Below, one piece after another: positions 62,534-64,000 of a stretch of 64,000 nt of DNA. The stretch's first letter is position 1. Every line of letters begins with the position of its first letter. The stretch is from Candidatus Aerophobetes bacterium Ae_b3a (GTDB lineage Bacteria; Aerophobota; Aerophobia; Aerophobales; AE-B3A): assembly GCA_005223095.1 (NCBI GenBank), contig NJBQ01000002.1, forward strand, positions 1,462 through 65,461, read 5' to 3'. The position numbers were made by a program, and so were the translations under genes. Below the pieces are notes generated by a model. That model saw only the letters and a program-made list of their open reading frames with translations, did not search any database and was not told where the DNA came from.

Positions 62534-62597
62534 GCTTAAGAAAGGTCAAGAAATACCTCAGGATAATTTCTTCCGTCGCTGTATAGTAGCCTTTTAT
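62534..62597 (-). pseudogene. Duplicate of the xerC-like gene 5' end and leader (start codon mutated, frameshifted)
   Basis: 62565-62597 matches 51000-51032 at 32 of 33 positions (AATTTCTTCCGTCGCTG[T/C]ATAGTAGCCTTTTAT). Weaker similarity extends to GCTTAAG (62534 / 50972). It reads ATA CAG CGA CGG AAG AAA TTA TCC TGA versus ATG..MQRRKKLSE. Confidence 0.6.
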
Positions 62598-62622
62598 CGG
62601 CCACTTACCGTATATGGTTCGT

Positions 62623-63369
62623 CTATTGACGCCTTAGACGGAAAGTTCCACTACATACGGGACAGGATGGGTTCGGTTTAACGTCAATACATTCCGCTTT
62701 ATTGTGAAGTAAATCATAAGTAAAGAGCTTGCCCATCAAATTATCCCCATATCCGGTAATTAATTTTATAACTTCGTTTGCTTGCAGGACCCCAAGAAGT
62801 CCGGTAGTCACCCCAATTATAGGAAATTTTTTTTTCTTAGGTGGATTGGGAAATAGACAATTCAGGCAGGGAGTTCTCCCCGGTAGAATGGTGGTGATTT
62901 GCCCATAGAATCCTTCAACGGCAGCATGTATAAGTGGTTTTCTCTTTTTGACACAGAACTCATTCAACAAATATCTTGTTTCAAAGTTATCAAGCGCATC
63001 TACAACTGCGTCCACCTCATTGAGCAGGTCTTCAATATTCTCTCTGTAAATTCTTTTAGAATATGTTCTTACTTTTATCTCTGAATTTAATTGCCTAAGC
63101 TTCTCTTTAGCCAACACAGGCTTTGCTTTTTTGTCTAAATCTTCTTCTCCATAGAGAATTTGCCGGTTTAAATTGCTTAACTCTGGCTTTTGTTCATCAA
63201 TTAAAAACAACTGTCCGATTCCCGCTGCCGTTAAATATATACTAATAGGTGAGCCCAATCCTCCTAGCCCTACGATAGCTACTTTTGCTTTTTTTAGCTT
63301 TTCCTGTGCTTCCTTTCCAAACATCATTACCTGACGGTCATATCTTCTTAGCTCCTTTTCGCTTAGCAT
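62623..63369 (-). CDS. ThiF/MoeB/HesA-family E1-like adenylyltransferase
   Basis: 248 aa. YDRQ, GLGGLGS, and CLNC plus CPVC zinc pairs. Confidence 0.88.
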   Translation of the reverse strand: MLSEKELRRYDRQVMMFGKEAQEKLKKAKVAIVGLGGLGSPISIYLTAAGIGQLFLIDEQKPELSNLNRQILYGEEDLDKKAKPVLAKEKLRQLNSEIKVRTYSKRIYRENIEDLLNEVDAVVDALDNFETRYLLNEFCVKKRKPLIHAAVEGFYGQITTILPGRTPCLNCLFPNPPKKKKFPIIGVTTGLLGVLQANEVIKLITGYGDNLMGKLFTYDLLHNKAECIDVKPNPSCPVCSGTFRLRRQ

Positions 63370-63372
63370 TTC

Positions 63373-63621
63373 TCATCCTCCTCCCACAGGAGGAAAGAGG
63401 GCTATTTCGTCATTGTCCTTTAATTGAGTTTGTGATTTTACATAGTTCCCATTAATAAACATCCATATATGTTGGGGTAGCCATTTTTTGAGCTTGGGAA
63501 AATCATAAACTACCTTTTCCATAGCATCCTTTATAGTAGCATCTTGAGGCAGACAGAGCTCAGCTTTATCTACACCGCTTAGCTCCCTCAAAAAACTGAC
63601 AAATTTGATTTTTATTTTCAT
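63373..63621 (-). CDS. MoaD/ThiS-family ubiquitin-like sulfur carrier
   Basis: 82 aa. Beta-grasp size. C-terminus ..DEIALFPPVGGG*. Located 3 nt upstream of the E1-like gene. Confidence 0.8.
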   Translation of the reverse strand: MKIKIKFVSFLRELSGVDKAELCLPQDATIKDAMEKVVYDFPKLKKWLPQHIWMFINGNYVKSQTQLKDNDEIALFPPVGGG

Positions 63622-63642
63622 TTAATAAACCTCCCGCCGCGA

Positions 63643-63697
63643 TAGCCAGAAACTCAACGATAAGTATAATCTCTTCTTATTATACACATTCTGGCTA
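63643..63697 (-). promoter_or_regulatory. 9-bp perfect inverted repeat bracketing a putative promoter in the MoaD-like leader
   Basis: TAGCCAGAA (63643-63651) / TTCTGGCTA (63689-63697), 37 nt apart. The minus strand has TTTACC-17-TATAAT overlapping one arm. GGGAGG RBS follows. Confidence 0.35.
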
Positions 63698-63762
63698 AAA
63701 TGGTAAAGGTGAGAGATCAAGGAAAAAGCATAATTGGATATTAATCCATTAATAAGCCGCCG

Positions 63763-64000
63763 TTAACATCCCAAATTTCTTATTTTTTCTGCTATTACAT
63801 CACCTACTTCTGTTGTTTTAGAGCTTCCTCCGCGGTCCCTGGTTCTAATCTTGCCCTGCCTGAGGACATCCTCGATGGCGGCCATAACTCTCTTTGCCCC
63901 TTCAATCTCCCCTAGCTCCCCTAGCATCATCTGAGCAGTCCAGATGCTAGCTATGGGATTGGCAACATTCTTCCCGGCGTACTTGGGAGCAGAGCCATGA
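63763..64000 (-). CDS. Isocitrate/isopropylmalate dehydrogenase family protein, C-terminal part (5' end beyond window)
   Basis: Not in ORF track. Minus frame reads HGSAPKYAGKNVANPIASIWTAQMMLGELGEIEGAKRVMAAIEDVLRQGKIRTRDRGGSSKTTEVGDVIAEKIRNLGC*. HGSAP..AGK..ANP.A is the family signature. Confidence 0.8.
   Translation of the reverse strand, partial: HGSAPKYAGKNVANPIASIWTAQMMLGELGEIEGAKRVMAAIEDVLRQGKIRTRDRGGSSKTTEVGDVIAEKIRNLGC

Noticed and set aside
1-64000. CRISPR arrays, rRNA or tRNA genes, prophage structural genes, intact IS transposases
   Set aside because: Scanning intergenic regions by eye, I found no regularly spaced direct repeats, no GGTTCGAATCC-type T-loops in a cloverleaf context, and no transposase-like or phage-like ORFs.

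Overview
Bacterial chromosomal window, low GC (about 40% by eye), compact, with most genes on the minus strand. I found no rRNA, tRNA or CRISPR array. All functional calls come from reading translations and motifs by eye; no database search was possible.

Zone 1 (1-9 kb) is an accessory islet. Three diverged direct copies of a ~0.5 kb two-armed repeat unit (2150-2812, 5329-5840, 7100-7668) separate minus-strand cargo:
- a class II Fic enzyme plus NudC;
- a DUF1841-like gene plus HicB with a truncated HicA;
- an XRE antitoxin with a RelE/Gp49-like toxin inactivated by a single TAA.
The islet ends at a dense DnaA-box cluster (8565-8747) beside an AT-rich tract.

Zone 2 (9-41 kb) is a very large carbohydrate/polyol catabolic super-locus. 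It contains:
- an orphan Dpp/Opp-type permease pair and a truncated GntR;
- three glycoside hydrolases (beta-propeller GH-like, GH2, GH116) and a CUT1 ABC importer;
- Gfo/Idh/MocA and MDR dehydrogenases, three xylose-isomerase-like TIM barrels and an IolB-like isomerase;
- a LarA-family homologue next to an M55 DppA-like protein;
- two FGGY kinases, a class II aldolase, HAD phosphatase, 2-hydroxyacid dehydrogenase, ALDH, cupin and a DapA-family aldolase;
- several gene relics (dhaK, a Gfo N-terminus, GntR).

Zone 3 (41-64 kb) is mostly housekeeping: groES-groEL, pheT, an M50 protease, a DHH-CBS-CCA-adding fusion, a xerC-like recombinase, PGM, ABC-F and NIF3. Mixed in are vapBC, a PfkB kinase / formyltransferase-like / atypical HAD-like trio, a tandem-MBL protein, a lipoprotein rhodanese and a MoaD/ThiS plus ThiF/MoeB pair.

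The main non-genic structure is:
- dispersed REP-like hairpin repeats;
- two ~180 bp inverted-repeat-bounded insertions;
- a duplicated xerC 5' end 11.5 kb from the gene;
- two short promoter-region repeats shared by unrelated operons.

The best novelty candidates are the repeat-partitioned islet, the DnaA-box cluster, the iol-like but IolC/IolD-less pathway with LarA/M55, and the formyltransferase-like/HAD-like pair.
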